DNA of 64,000 nt from Nitrospirota bacterium (GCA_963796285.1 CAWCKW010000012.1:416001-480000); one strand, 5' to 3'; counted from the first letter of the stretch, positions 1 to 9,025 are shown. Notes: a model not told the origin generated them from the sequence alone. A program made the numbers and translations.

Positions 1-406
1 TATTCCCGCTCCGCTGTTTGCTCATGTACTTGAGCGCTGCCTTAGTGCACAGGAACGCGCCTTTCAGGTTGATGCTGAGGACCAGGTCCCAGTCCTCGTC
101 CTTCATCCGGAGGATGAGGCCGTCACGAGTGATGCCGGCGTTGTTCACGAGGATGTCGATCCGTCCGAGCTTCTCGACGACCTGATCGATCATGGCCGTG
201 ACTTCGGCTGACGCGGCAACGTTCGTCTTGATGGCAAGCGATTTACTGCCTTTTGCTTCGATGTCGGCAACGGTCTTCTGCGCGGCCTCGAGGTTCACAT
301 CGCAGATAGCGACATCAGCACCGTCGGCCGCAAGCGCGAGCGCGATATCCCTGCCGATGCCCTGTGCCGCTCCGGTGACGAGTGCTGTCTTTCCGCTCAA
401 ACTCAT
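1..406 (-). CDS. fabG: 3-oxoacyl-ACP reductase, 3' end runs off the window
   Basis: Manual translation from ATG at 406 gives MSLSGKTALVTGAAQGIGR (SDR TGxxxGIG), and later ILVNNAGITRD; GAGGAG RBS; follows fabD. Confidence 0.93.
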   Translation of the reverse strand, partial: MSLSGKTALVTGAAQGIGRDIALALAADGADVAICDVNLEAAQKTVADIEAKGSKSLAIKTNVAASAEVTAMIDQVVEKLGRIDILVNNAGITRDGLILRMKDEDWDLVLSINLKGAFLCTKAALKYMSKQRSGN

Positions 407-485
407 TTTCTGCTCCTCGAACTACTACGCCACGGACCAATGGCAATGTTTTTTGACCCTTGCTACTTGACCAAGGATCCTGTTC

Positions 486-1418
486 TTAGAATCCCAGCAC
501 ATTGAGCGTATCGCTCATGCTCCTTTGATCTTCGACGTTCAGCACTTTTGCGTCTTTTGCGATCCGCTTTACAAGGCCGGAAAGTACCTTGCCGGGTCCG
601 ATCTCGATAAAAGTATCATAGCCGTCACTGACCATATTTTTGATCGAGTCTTCCCAAAAGAGCGGGGAACTGATCTGTTTGATAAGCGACGTCCTGAGCT
701 CTGCAGCAGTCCGAATGAACTTCGCTTCCGCGTTATTCACGATAGGGTAGTTCAAATCGCTGATCGTTACCTTGATGAGTTCCTGCTCAAGCCGCTCGCC
801 CGCCTGCTTCATCATGATACAGTGTGAAGGCACGCTCACCAATAGCGGGATCACTTTTTTCGCGCCGGCGGCCCGGGCAAGCTCCATGGCTTTTTCCACG
901 GCCTTTTTCTCGCCGGCGATGACGATCTGGCCCGGGGAGTTGTAATTTGCAGGGGCAACTATACCATTTTTGGCGGCTTCATGGCAAGTTTTTTCTACGT
1001 CTTGCCGTTCCATCCCGAGAATGGCCGCCATAAGCCCTTCACCGGCAGGAACGGCCTCCTGCATGTACCTGCCGCGCTTTTGGACCAGCGCCACGGCATC
1101 CCTGAGTTCGAAGCCGCCGGCAGCGGTAATCGCGGTATATTCGCCAAGACTGTGGCCCGCAGCTGCGGTTGCAACAAGGCCTCTTCGTTCCAGCGGCCGG
1201 AGTATTGCGATGCTCGCTGCAAGGATCGCGGGCTGGGTGTTCTCGGTGAGGTTCAGCTTCTCGACCGGTCCGTGCATGCAGAGTTGAAGGAGGTCATAAC
1301 CGAGCACTGAGCTTGCAGTCTCAAAGACTTCTTTGGATTCGTCAAAATTTTCACTGAACTCCTTCGCCATACCAACGTACTGCGAACCCTGGCCGGGAAA
1401 GATGAATGCTATTTTCAT
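486..1418 (-). CDS. fabD: malonyl-CoA:ACP transacylase
   Basis: FPGQGSQ, GHSLGEY and EIGPGKVL motifs. Confidence 0.97.
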   Translation of the reverse strand: MKIAFIFPGQGSQYVGMAKEFSENFDESKEVFETASSVLGYDLLQLCMHGPVEKLNLTENTQPAILAASIAILRPLERRGLVATAAAGHSLGEYTAITAAGGFELRDAVALVQKRGRYMQEAVPAGEGLMAAILGMERQDVEKTCHEAAKNGIVAPANYNSPGQIVIAGEKKAVEKAMELARAAGAKKVIPLLVSVPSHCIMMKQAGERLEQELIKVTISDLNYPIVNNAEAKFIRTAAELRTSLIKQISSPLFWEDSIKNMVSDGYDTFIEIGPGKVLSGLVKRIAKDAKVLNVEDQRSMSDTLNVLGF

Positions 1419-1419
1419 T

Positions 1420-2610
1420 TTATCCCCGCATGTCCCTGATCTTCCTGATCATGATCGGAAGAACCTCGTGCACATCGCCGACAATACCATAGGTCGCAAC
1501 GCTGAAGATGGGCGCATCGGGGTCCTTATTGATCGCGACAATGACGTCCGATGACTGCATTCCGGCAATATGCTGGATTGCGCCGGAGATACCGCAGGCG
1601 ATGTAGAGCTTGGGGCAGACCGTCTTGCCCGTCTGGCCCACCTGGTGGGAGTAGGGGATCCAACCTTCATCAACGGCTCCCCTTGTTGCGGCAACCGCGC
1701 CTCCCAGCGCTTTTGCGAGTTCCTCAACCAATTGAAAGTTTTTGGCGCTGCCCAGGCCGCGGCCGCCCGCGACAATGATGTCCGCTTCACAGATGTTGAC
1801 GGTCTCTCCCAGTTCCTCCACGGTCTTGATGACCTTGGTGCGGAGATCTCCAGACGGATCATACTTCACGTCAATGATTTCACCGGTCCGTGCGTCATTG
1901 CGCGGCGCCGGTTTCATCACCTTGTGCCTAACCGTGGCCATCTGAGGCCGGTGGTTGGGGGTGACGATCGTGGCCATGATATTTCCGCCAAAGGCCGGAC
2001 GGGTCTGGTGGAGGTGGCCGGTCTCAGCGTCGATATCGAGCACGGTACAGTCTGCGGTAAGGCCGGTGTAGAGCGACGACGCGACCTTGGGAAAGAAGGA
2101 GCGGCCGATCGCCGTTGCACCCGCAAGGATGATCTCTGGCCTGTGCTGTCTCGCGAGCGCTGTCAGGACTCCGGCGTAAGAGTCGTCATTGAAATCTTTG
2201 AGCGACGGATCGTCCGCGACATAAACGATATCTGCGCCGCAGGCAATGAGCTCTTGAGCTTTATTGTGAATTCCGTGGCCGATGAAAACAGCGGCGAGTT
2301 TGGTCTTCCTCTTATCGGCCAGTTTCCTTCCTTCTCCAAGGAGTTCAAGGGCGACGCTGGATATGCCTCCTTTGTGCTGTTCGGCAAAGACCCACACACC
2401 CTTGTAGGCCGAAAGGTCGACAGCCGGGGAAGACGCCTCAACCGTTTTCTCGATAGCCTTGAATTCGCATGCCTCGACGCAGGCGCCGCACATGGTGCAG
2501 GCTTCGGTAATGAACGCCTTGCCGTCGCGCATCTCTATAGCACCGAAAGGGCATACTGATAAGCAGGTTTCGCATGCGGTGCATGTATCCGTTATGACTT
2601 TTACACTCAA
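1420..2610 (-). CDS. etfA: electron transfer flavoprotein alpha subunit with an N-terminal 2x[4Fe-4S] ferredoxin domain
   Basis: CTACETCLSVCP and CTMCGACVEAC motifs; TRPAFGG, QVGQTG and GISGAIQH ETF-alpha motifs; stop lies 1 nt before the fabD ATG. Confidence 0.95.
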   Translation of the reverse strand: MSVKVITDTCTACETCLSVCPFGAIEMRDGKAFITEACTMCGACVEACEFKAIEKTVEASSPAVDLSAYKGVWVFAEQHKGGISSVALELLGEGRKLADKRKTKLAAVFIGHGIHNKAQELIACGADIVYVADDPSLKDFNDDSYAGVLTALARQHRPEIILAGATAIGRSFFPKVASSLYTGLTADCTVLDIDAETGHLHQTRPAFGGNIMATIVTPNHRPQMATVRHKVMKPAPRNDARTGEIIDVKYDPSGDLRTKVIKTVEELGETVNICEADIIVAGGRGLGSAKNFQLVEELAKALGGAVAATRGAVDEGWIPYSHQVGQTGKTVCPKLYIACGISGAIQHIAGMQSSDVIVAINKDPDAPIFSVATYGIVGDVHEVLPIMIRKIRDMRG

Positions 2611-2695
2611 GGGAAGCTCCTTGTAATCAAGGGTCTGGAACCAACAGACGGCAGCGTTGGCCTGACACCTGAATTCCGACTCCCGTCTCCGGTGG

Positions 2696-3481
2696 TTAAA
2701 TAAACGACTGCTCTTTCAGTTTCTTTACTACCGTCGCGGCTTGTTCTTCGAGTGTGCCGGAAAGGATCTCCCGCTGTCCGCGTGGTGCAGGCGGGAATAT
2801 CTTTACCACCTTGGTTGGTGAACCCTTCAAGCCGCACAGATTCTGGTCCGCGTTTATGTCCGCGGCGGTCCAGGAAGTGACCTTGAGGCCCCTGGCTTTC
2901 ATTTTGCCTTTGAGCGAAGGCAGGCGCGGCTGATTGATCTCTTTCACAACGGTGATAAGGGCGGGGAGAGAGGTTTCGACAACATCGTACCCCTCGTCCA
3001 TCATGCGCTCGGCCACCATCTTCGAGTTTGTTATCTGTTCAATTTTTCTGATATAGGCTACGAAGGGAATGCCGAGCATATCAGCGGTTTCGGGGCCGAC
3101 CTGGGCCGTGTCGCCGTCGATAGCCTGTTTCCCGGCGATGATGAGATCGTAAGCGCCGATCTTTTTTATCCCCTGCGAGAGGGCATAGGATGTCGCCCAG
3201 GTATCGGCTCCGGCAAAGGCCCGGTCAGACAGGAGCACGCTGTCGTCCACGCCCAGGGCAACGGCCTCTTTGAGTGAGTCTGCCGCCTGGGGCGGTCCCA
3301 TGGTCACGGCGGTCACCTTGCCGCCGTGCTGTTCGCGCAAACGGAGAGCCTCTTCGATCGCATACATGTCGTAAGGGTTGATGATGCTCGGTACGCCGTC
3401 GCGAATAAGCGTGTTGGTCTCCCGGTTGATCTTGACCTCCGACGTGTCCGGCACCTGTTTTATCAGAACAATGATATTCAT
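2696..3481 (-). CDS. etfB: electron transfer flavoprotein beta subunit
   Basis: IKQVPDT, DRAFAGADTWAT and GKQAIDGDTAQVGP motifs. Confidence 0.95.
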   Translation of the reverse strand: MNIIVLIKQVPDTSEVKINRETNTLIRDGVPSIINPYDMYAIEEALRLREQHGGKVTAVTMGPPQAADSLKEAVALGVDDSVLLSDRAFAGADTWATSYALSQGIKKIGAYDLIIAGKQAIDGDTAQVGPETADMLGIPFVAYIRKIEQITNSKMVAERMMDEGYDVVETSLPALITVVKEINQPRLPSLKGKMKARGLKVTSWTAADINADQNLCGLKGSPTKVVKIFPPAPRGQREILSGTLEEQAATVVKKLKEQSFI

Positions 3482-3580
3482 GGTTCCAATCCTCTTGTCA
3501 AAAAGACATCAAGACACAATAGTGTTCTCTGTGCCTTAATGCCTCAGTGGTTTATGTGATCTCTGTGCTCGGTGCTCTGC

Positions 3581-4738
3581 TTACTTCTGTCTCGTTGCTT
3601 CCCTGATCATATCGAGGGCGATAACGTTTCGCTGGATCTGGTTCGTACCCTCGTAGATCTGGAGGATCTTGGCATCGCGCATCATCTTCTCGACGGGATA
3701 TTCCTTCATGTAGCCGGATCCGCCCATGACCTGTACCGCATCGGTCGTGACCTTCATGGCCGTATCGGTGGCGAAGAGCTTCGCCATGGCGGACGCCCGT
3801 GAGAAGTCTTTTGCCCCGCTGTCCATCATGCGGGCCGCGGAATAGACAAGGGCGCGGGCAGCCTCGGTCTGGGTCTGCATGTCCGCGAGCATATGCTGAA
3901 TGGCCTGAAAGGAGGTGATGGGCTGGCCGAACTGGACCCTGCCCTTGGCGAACTTGATGCACTCGTCGATTGCCCCCTGCGAAACGCCTACACCCTGGGC
4001 GCCCACGCCCGCGCGCGAGCAGTCGAGGGTCTTCATGGCCACGATGAAGCCCAGGCCTTCCCGGGCGATGAGGTTTTCTTTGGGGATGCGGCAGTTGTTG
4101 AAGATGAGCTCGGTGGTGGATGAAGCGCGGATGCCCATCTTGTTCTCTTTTTTACCGAAGGTGAATCCTGGAGTGCCCCTCTCCACGATGAAGGCCGAAG
4201 CGCCGCGGGCGCCCTTGGACTTGTCCGTGATGGCAATGACGGTGTATATCTGGGCCTCGCCGCCGTTCGTGATCCACTGTTTAGTGCCGTTCAGCACATA
4301 TTCGTTGCCTTCGAGTTTTGCAGTGGTTTGGATGCCGCTGGCATCGCTGCCCGCATTCGCCTCGGTAAGGCCGAATGCCGCGAGGTTCTTTCCCGATGCG
4401 ATGTCGGGCAGGTATTTCTTCTTCTGCGCCTCGCTGCCATGGAGGAGGATGGGGTAGCTGCCAAGTGCATTGGCTGCATAACTCGTGGATACGCCAACGC
4501 ATGCCTTGGAGATCTCTTCGATGGCGATGTAGAGCTCAAAGCTCTTTTTGCCAAGGCCGCCGTATTCCTCGGGGATGTAGATTCCGAAGAGGTCGGCCTG
4601 TGCCATGGCCTTCATGATATCAGTGGGGAACTTGTTATGCTCATCGAGCTCGGCGCGAACGGGCACGATCTTCTCCACCGCGATCTGCCGTGCAAGGTCT
4701 CGTATCATGATCTGGTCTTCTGTCAGCAAGTAATCCAT
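3581..4738 (-). CDS. acyl-CoA dehydrogenase family flavoprotein (Bcd/CarC-like)
   Basis: FGLTEANAGSDA, KQWITNG, GRVQFGQ and IYEGTNQIQR (catalytic Glu); GGAGG RBS before ATG at 4738. Confidence 0.93.
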   Translation of the reverse strand: MDYLLTEDQIMIRDLARQIAVEKIVPVRAELDEHNKFPTDIMKAMAQADLFGIYIPEEYGGLGKKSFELYIAIEEISKACVGVSTSYAANALGSYPILLHGSEAQKKKYLPDIASGKNLAAFGLTEANAGSDASGIQTTAKLEGNEYVLNGTKQWITNGGEAQIYTVIAITDKSKGARGASAFIVERGTPGFTFGKKENKMGIRASSTTELIFNNCRIPKENLIAREGLGFIVAMKTLDCSRAGVGAQGVGVSQGAIDECIKFAKGRVQFGQPITSFQAIQHMLADMQTQTEAARALVYSAARMMDSGAKDFSRASAMAKLFATDTAMKVTTDAVQVMGGSGYMKEYPVEKMMRDAKILQIYEGTNQIQRNVIALDMIREATRQK

Positions 4739-4758
4739 TGAATCCTCCAAAACTATTA

Positions 4759-4860
4759 ATTGGAAATTTAAGATTGAAAATTGGAAATTTTAAATTGCAA
4801 CCCGGAAGGAGCAAAGCATGAGAACGAACACTTTCCAATCTCCAATTTGCAATTTCCAAT
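4759..4860. repeat. imperfect inverted repeat built from 7-bp units (ATTGGAA-like / TTCCAAT-like)
   Basis: attggaa atttaag attgaaa attggaa attttaa attgcaa ... ttccaat ctccaat ttgcaat ttccaat. Confidence 0.75.
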
Positions 4861-4866
4861 GAGTTT

Positions 4867-5847
4867 TTACCACCGTACCAGCGCTGATGCCCAGGTAAGG
4901 CCTCCTCCAAATGCTTCGAACAGGAGGAGATGGTTTTCCTTGATTCTGCCATCGCGGACTGCTTCGTCAAGCGCCATGGGGATCGAGGCTGCCGAGGTAT
5001 TGCCATATTTAGGAAGGGTGACCACGACCTTTTCCATCGGCATCTTCAGGCGCTGTGCCATTGCCTGGATGATCCGCAGGTTCGCCTGGTGCGGAATAAG
5101 AAAATCGATCTCTTCCGGTTTGACCTTGTTGTATGCCAGGGTCTCCTGCACAACGCCTTCGAGCGCCAGCACCGCTGCCTTGAAGGTCTCATTCCCCTTC
5201 ATCTTGATAAAGTGCATGCGTTTATGTATGGTCTCGTGCGACGCAGGATGCAGTGCCCCGCCTGCCGGAAGATAGAGGAGATCCCCGAGGGAACCGTCTG
5301 AGTGAAGATGGGTGGAGAGGACCCCGTGTTTGCCGGCCTGCCGCTGGATAACGACCGCGCCCGCCCCATCTCCGAAGAGAATGCACGTGGTCCGGTCCTC
5401 CCAGTCCGTGAAGCGGGAAAGGACCTCAGCACCCACCAGAAGGATACTCTTATACATCCCTGATTTTATGAAAGCATCGGCCACGGAAAGGCCGTAAAGG
5501 AATCCGGAACAGGCTGCATAGATGTCGAAAGCAGCTGCTTTTTTTGCACCGAGCTTTTGCTGGAGCACACAGCCGAGATTCGGCATCAACATGTCCGGTG
5601 TGGTAGTTGCTATCAGGATAAGGTCCAGTTCATTCGCGCCAAGACCCGCCGCTTTCAGTGCCTTTCGGCTTGCCTCGTAAGCGAGATCCGAAGTCGTCTG
5701 CCCCTTTTCCACGATCCTGCGTTCCTTGATGCCGGTGCGCTCCGTGATCCAGTCGTCACTCGTGTCCACCAGCTTCTCGAGGTCGTGATTGGTGATGATC
5801 TTACCCGGTACGTACGACCCGGTCCCTGTTATACGCGCATGAATCAT
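4867..5847 (-). CDS. fabH: 3-oxoacyl-ACP synthase III
   Basis: AACSGF, PHQANLRI and YGNTSAAS catalytic motifs. Confidence 0.97.
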   Translation of the reverse strand: MIHARITGTGSYVPGKIITNHDLEKLVDTSDDWITERTGIKERRIVEKGQTTSDLAYEASRKALKAAGLGANELDLILIATTTPDMLMPNLGCVLQQKLGAKKAAAFDIYAACSGFLYGLSVADAFIKSGMYKSILLVGAEVLSRFTDWEDRTTCILFGDGAGAVVIQRQAGKHGVLSTHLHSDGSLGDLLYLPAGGALHPASHETIHKRMHFIKMKGNETFKAAVLALEGVVQETLAYNKVKPEEIDFLIPHQANLRIIQAMAQRLKMPMEKVVVTLPKYGNTSAASIPMALDEAVRDGRIKENHLLLFEAFGGGLTWASALVRW

Positions 5848-6857
5848 TTGGCTCTGGTCAGCTCCATATTCTTTTCAATATCCGCGCGAAGGTGCTTGTT
5901 GACCTCGCTCTTCGCGAGTTCAGCGGCCACGCGTATGGCGTTTTTAATGGCCCGGTCGGATGAACGGCCATGGCTGATGATGCTGATGCCATTGATGCCG
6001 ACGAGCGGCGCACCGCCGTATTCAGCGTAATCGACACGTCGTTTGAACGATTGGAACGCCGGGCGCATCAAGAGATATCCGAGTTTGCGCATCAGGCTGT
6101 TGCCGATACCTTCGCGAATAAAGAGGCCGATGGCCTCGGCAACGGATTCGGAAACCTTGAGGACGACGTTTCCGACAAAACCGTCGCATACGATCACATC
6201 CGCGTTGCCGGACATGACATCGCGTCCCTCGACATTGCCGATAAAATTGAGTGAGGTCTCGGTCAGGAGCTTGAATGCCTCCTTGGTCAGTTCGTTCCCT
6301 TTCGTCTCTTCTTCGCCGATGGACAGGAGCCCCACACGGGGACTGGGAACCTTTAACAGATACTTTGCGTAGACCTCTCCCATAACAGCGAACTGAAGGA
6401 GGTGATTGGGCTTGCAGTCCACATTCGCGCCCATATCGAGGATGATGGAGGTCCCGGTGATCGTGGGCATGAACGTGGCAATGGCCGGGCGCTCGATCCC
6501 TTCGAGCTTGCCCAGTACAAAGAGGGACGTGGCCATGGCAGCGCCGGTATGTCCCGCGCTGATCACGGCCACCGCTTCGCCGCTCTTCACAAGCTCATTG
6601 GCCACGCGGATGGAAGAATCTTTTTTTCTCCGGAAGACCGTGGCCGGAGAATCGAGCATGTCCACCACCTCGGTGGCGTTCCGGACCTCGAGCGGCAGTG
6701 ATTGCGCATGGGTGTGCTTCTTAAGTTCCGCCTGGATGATCTGTTCAACGCCCACCAGGATGATGCCGACCCCGTACTCCTTCGCTGCCTGTACAGCTCC
6801 GGCGACGACGGCATGGGGTGCATTGTCCCCCCCCATAGCATCAACAGCGATCTTCAT
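5844..6857 (-). CDS. plsX: phosphate acyltransferase
   Basis: MKIAVDAMGGDNAP, DMGANVD, CDGFVGN and SHGRS motifs; 4-bp overlap with fabH. Confidence 0.96.
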   Translation of the reverse strand: MKIAVDAMGGDNAPHAVVAGAVQAAKEYGVGIILVGVEQIIQAELKKHTHAQSLPLEVRNATEVVDMLDSPATVFRRKKDSSIRVANELVKSGEAVAVISAGHTGAAMATSLFVLGKLEGIERPAIATFMPTITGTSIILDMGANVDCKPNHLLQFAVMGEVYAKYLLKVPSPRVGLLSIGEEETKGNELTKEAFKLLTETSLNFIGNVEGRDVMSGNADVIVCDGFVGNVVLKVSESVAEAIGLFIREGIGNSLMRKLGYLLMRPAFQSFKRRVDYAEYGGAPLVGINGISIISHGRSSDRAIKNAIRVAAELAKSEVNKHLRADIEKNMELTRAK

Positions 6858-6937
6858 ACAAGCTCCCCGCAATATAAAAGGCAAAGAGTCATACCGGAAA
6901 ATACAGTATCATCCCTTTGCCTTCGAGCAAGCGCCGG

Positions 6938-7120
6938 TTATATCTGCTGAACAGTTGCGATCTCGCGGCCGTTGTAGGTGCCGCAGGACAAACAGGCGTG
7001 ATGGGGCTGCTTCACTTCCTGGCATTGCGGACAGGCTGAGAGATTGGGTGCCTTGAGGTGCTTGTGGGTGCGTCTCTTGTCCCTGCGAGATTTGGATGTT
7101 TTGTGTTTTGGGTTCGCCAT
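6938..7120 (-). CDS. rpmF: 50S ribosomal protein L32
   Basis: MANPKHKTSKSRRDKRR plus two CxxC zinc motifs; position upstream of plsX. Confidence 0.96.
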   Translation of the reverse strand: MANPKHKTSKSRRDKRRTHKHLKAPNLSACPQCQEVKQPHHACLSCGTYNGREIATVQQI

Positions 7121-7140
7121 GATGCGTGTATTACTCCTTC

Positions 7141-7656
7141 TTATTTTTTCAACAAATCCTTTAATGCGGAAAATGCTCCGAATTCACCTGCACTGTCCTT
7201 CTTGCAACCACAGTCCGTTTCATTCAGGTCCGTTCCGCAGACGGGACAGAGGCCCTTGCAGTTGGGAAGATGGAGCGGAACCATGGGGATGGAAATCAGC
7301 AACTGCTCTTTTACCAGATCGAGGGGCTCTATCTCCTCGCCCTGGTAGAACTCCACGTCAAGCTCTGACCGATCAAGTTCATGCTCCGGGGAAGTCCCCA
7401 GAGCTTTCTCCGGTGCAAGGGTTATATCCAGTTCCGTATCGATGTGATACGAAAAAACTTTCAAGCAACGGCTGCACTCGAACTCCGGGTCAGCCTGAAC
7501 ACGGCCTTTTACGTGGAGGCCGCCCGCACCCGTCGGCTTGATGCCAAGAACGGCCGCAACGGCGGTGGATGCTTTCCCGGTGTCGAACAGGTCGAGCTTC
7601 TGGTTCAGTTCCAGTGCAAGCCCCTCTGGCGGTATATCGCTGATCTTCATGCCCAT
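7141..7656 (-). CDS. DUF177/YceD family protein
   Basis: CSRC and CKGLCPVCG motifs; canonical position upstream of rpmF. Confidence 0.9.
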   Translation of the reverse strand: MGMKISDIPPEGLALELNQKLDLFDTGKASTAVAAVLGIKPTGAGGLHVKGRVQADPEFECSRCLKVFSYHIDTELDITLAPEKALGTSPEHELDRSELDVEFYQGEEIEPLDLVKEQLLISIPMVPLHLPNCKGLCPVCGTDLNETDCGCKKDSAGEFGAFSALKDLLKK

Positions 7657-7694
7657 TTTGATGACTCTGGAGGCTGCAACGCTGTAAGTGTCGG

Positions 7695-7723
7695 ATTATA
7701 AGGGGAAGCTCCGGTTTTGTCAA
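7695..7723 (-). promoter_or_regulatory. sigma70 promoter of the DUF177-rpmF-plsX-fab operon
   Basis: Minus strand reads TTGACA-N17-TATAAT, a perfect consensus. Confidence 0.8.
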
Positions 7724-7819
7724 GAAGAAATGCAGATTCGCCGGGGGGCAGAGGTCAGGAGCCGGTAATCAGAAACATGGCAATAGATCATGCTGTTTTA
7801 TGCCCCGTCCCGCACCCAT

Positions 7820-7999
7820 CTCGCCGAACAGGGGTTTATGTCAATGAGAACACTGTGGATCAGGATTCGCCATGCGGCTACGGCGTCCTGAGCCTGCCCG
7901 AAGGATAATTTCCGCGAACCGCCCGGTGCATTTGCGCGCCAGAAGGAAGTCCCCTTGGGGGGGCCCCGCACGCCGGGTGGTGTGGGGGCTGGGGGAGAA
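7820..7999 (+). mobile_element. 3' remnant of a group IIC(-attC) intron: RT C-terminus, domain V and the start of domain VI
   Basis: 7820-7891 translates LAEQGFMSMRTLWIRIRHAATAS*; followed by GAACCGCCCGGTGC...CCGCACGCCGGGTGGTGTGGGGGCTGGGGGAGAA (class C domain V with CCG triad, loop expanded). Confidence 0.7.
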
Positions 8000-8302
8000 C
8001 ACACGCTTGACGCGCCACCTTTTTATCTCTTTTGCAGTTGATGAGTGGGTTACATGATATAAATCCCAAGCCAGCTGCAAATTAAGCCAAAACTGCGCCT
8101 CCATGCCAAATAGTTTCTCCAGACGAAGTGCTGTGTCAGGGGTGATTCCCCGCTTCGCATGAATCAGTTCATTAACGCGAGGATATGAAACTCCGAGCTT
8201 TTCCGCCAACTCGCTCTGTGTTATTTTCAGAGGCTTGAGAAACTCCTCCAACAGCATTTCGCCGGGATGCGTCGGCGGACCATATTTAGGTATACGTACC
8301 AT
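7841..8302 (-). CDS. higA: HigA family antitoxin; native 3' end lost near 8025, so it reads through into the attC/intron remnant
   Basis: PTHPGEMLLEEFLKPL...ITPDTALRLEKLFGMEAQFWLNLQ. Confidence 0.88.
   Translation of the reverse strand: MVRIPKYGPPTHPGEMLLEEFLKPLKITQSELAEKLGVSYPRVNELIHAKRGITPDTALRLEKLFGMEAQFWLNLQLAWDLYHVTHSSTAKEIKRWRVKRVFSPSPHTTRRAGPPQGDFLLARKCTGRFAEIILRAGSGRRSRMANPDPQCSH
7998..8024 (-). repeat. right half of an attC-like site
   Basis: Minus strand AAAAGGTGGCGCGTCAAGCGTGTGTT is close to AAAAGGCGGCGCGTCAGCCGCGCGTT in the attC at 9530-9589. Confidence 0.55.
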
Positions 8303-8320
8303 CTTCTTCTCCTTCACTCG

Positions 8321-8613
8321 TCAGTGGTAATCGGTGATTTCCACGTTTTCTACGCCATCATCCGTCCACACAAAACAAACGCGGAACTGATCGTTAATCC
8401 GTATGCTATGTTGACCCTTCCGATCATGCTTAAGGGCTTCCAGTAAATTCCCCGGCGGAATTTTCAAGATTCCAGGGAAACAACTCCATTTAGCTGTTCA
8501 AGCTTACGCTGTGCTATACGCCAGATTTGCTGCGGACAGGTTTCTCTGGCTTCTTTGGTGTTTCTTCTGTCAAAGATGTCCTCAGTGCCCTTGTCGCGAA
8601 ACGATTTTATCAC
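8321..8613 (-). pseudogene. higB: HigB (RelE/ParE-like) toxin with a 1-bp frameshift near 8467
   Basis: First frame MIKSFRDKGTEDIF...RKLEQLNGVVSLES*; second frame LKIPPGNLLEALKHDRKGQHSIRINDQFRVCFVWTDDGVENVEITDYH*. Confidence 0.85.
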
Positions 8614-8650
8614 CAGGCGTCCCCATCGGCTTAAGCCATCACTACGATAG

Positions 8651-8679
8651 ATTATAACGGATACCGTTATATATGGCAA
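8651..8679 (-). promoter_or_regulatory. higBA promoter with a palindromic operator
   Basis: TTGCCA-N17-TATAAT on the minus strand; perfect inverted repeat TATAACGG-ATA-CCGTTATA at 8653-8671. Confidence 0.7.
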
Positions 8680-8682
8680 CAG

Positions 8683-8951
8683 CTATTTTTGGCTGTCATA
8701 ACTGGTATCTTTAGCGTTTCTCTTGAAGAGACTTGCTACTTCGCCAAAGATAATGCCGAAACCGCCGTAAAACAGGCAGGTTAGTAATGGCGGTGGACCG
8801 GCATAAGGATTCGATGCAACCTTCATGGCACCAACCTGAATTAGTCGAAGCCAGGCGCCTCCAAAAAAATGCAAAGCAAATCAGGGCAAAAAAACATCCG
8901 CAAATACAGTTGTGTTCTCGATTTGAACTGGGAATTATTGTCACTCGTCAT
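8683..8951 (-). pseudogene. small membrane protein cassette gene with two frameshifts in A7/T7 tracts
   Basis: Removing one base at each of 8888-8894 and 8863-8869 joins three ORF pieces into MTSDNNSQF...MFFALICFAFFGGAWLRLIQ...YDSQK; starts just after an attC. Confidence 0.5.
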
Positions 8952-8967
8952 GAATGTACATCGCACG

Positions 8968-9025
8968 ATACAACAACGAGTTGAGCCCCGCGCGCAGAGC
9001 GCGGGACTCGAACGAGGTGTTAGGC
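8968..9025 (-). repeat. integron attC site (58 bp)
   Basis: Minus strand GCCTAAC-ACCTCGTTCGAGTCCCGCGCTCTGCGCGCGGGGCTCAACTCGTT-GTTGTAT; RYYYAAC holds the antitoxin stop codon; internal hairpin. Confidence 0.8.

Noticed and set aside
1570-2559. 329-aa plus-strand ORF, and similar long ORFs at 47190-48317 and 61804-62916
   Set aside because: Antisense shadows of etfA, ppdK and cinA in GC-rich coding sequence, with no recognisable motifs
7841-8024. Novel C-terminal domain on HigA
   Set aside because: It is read-through into the half attC and the antisense strand of the intron remnant after loss of the native stop
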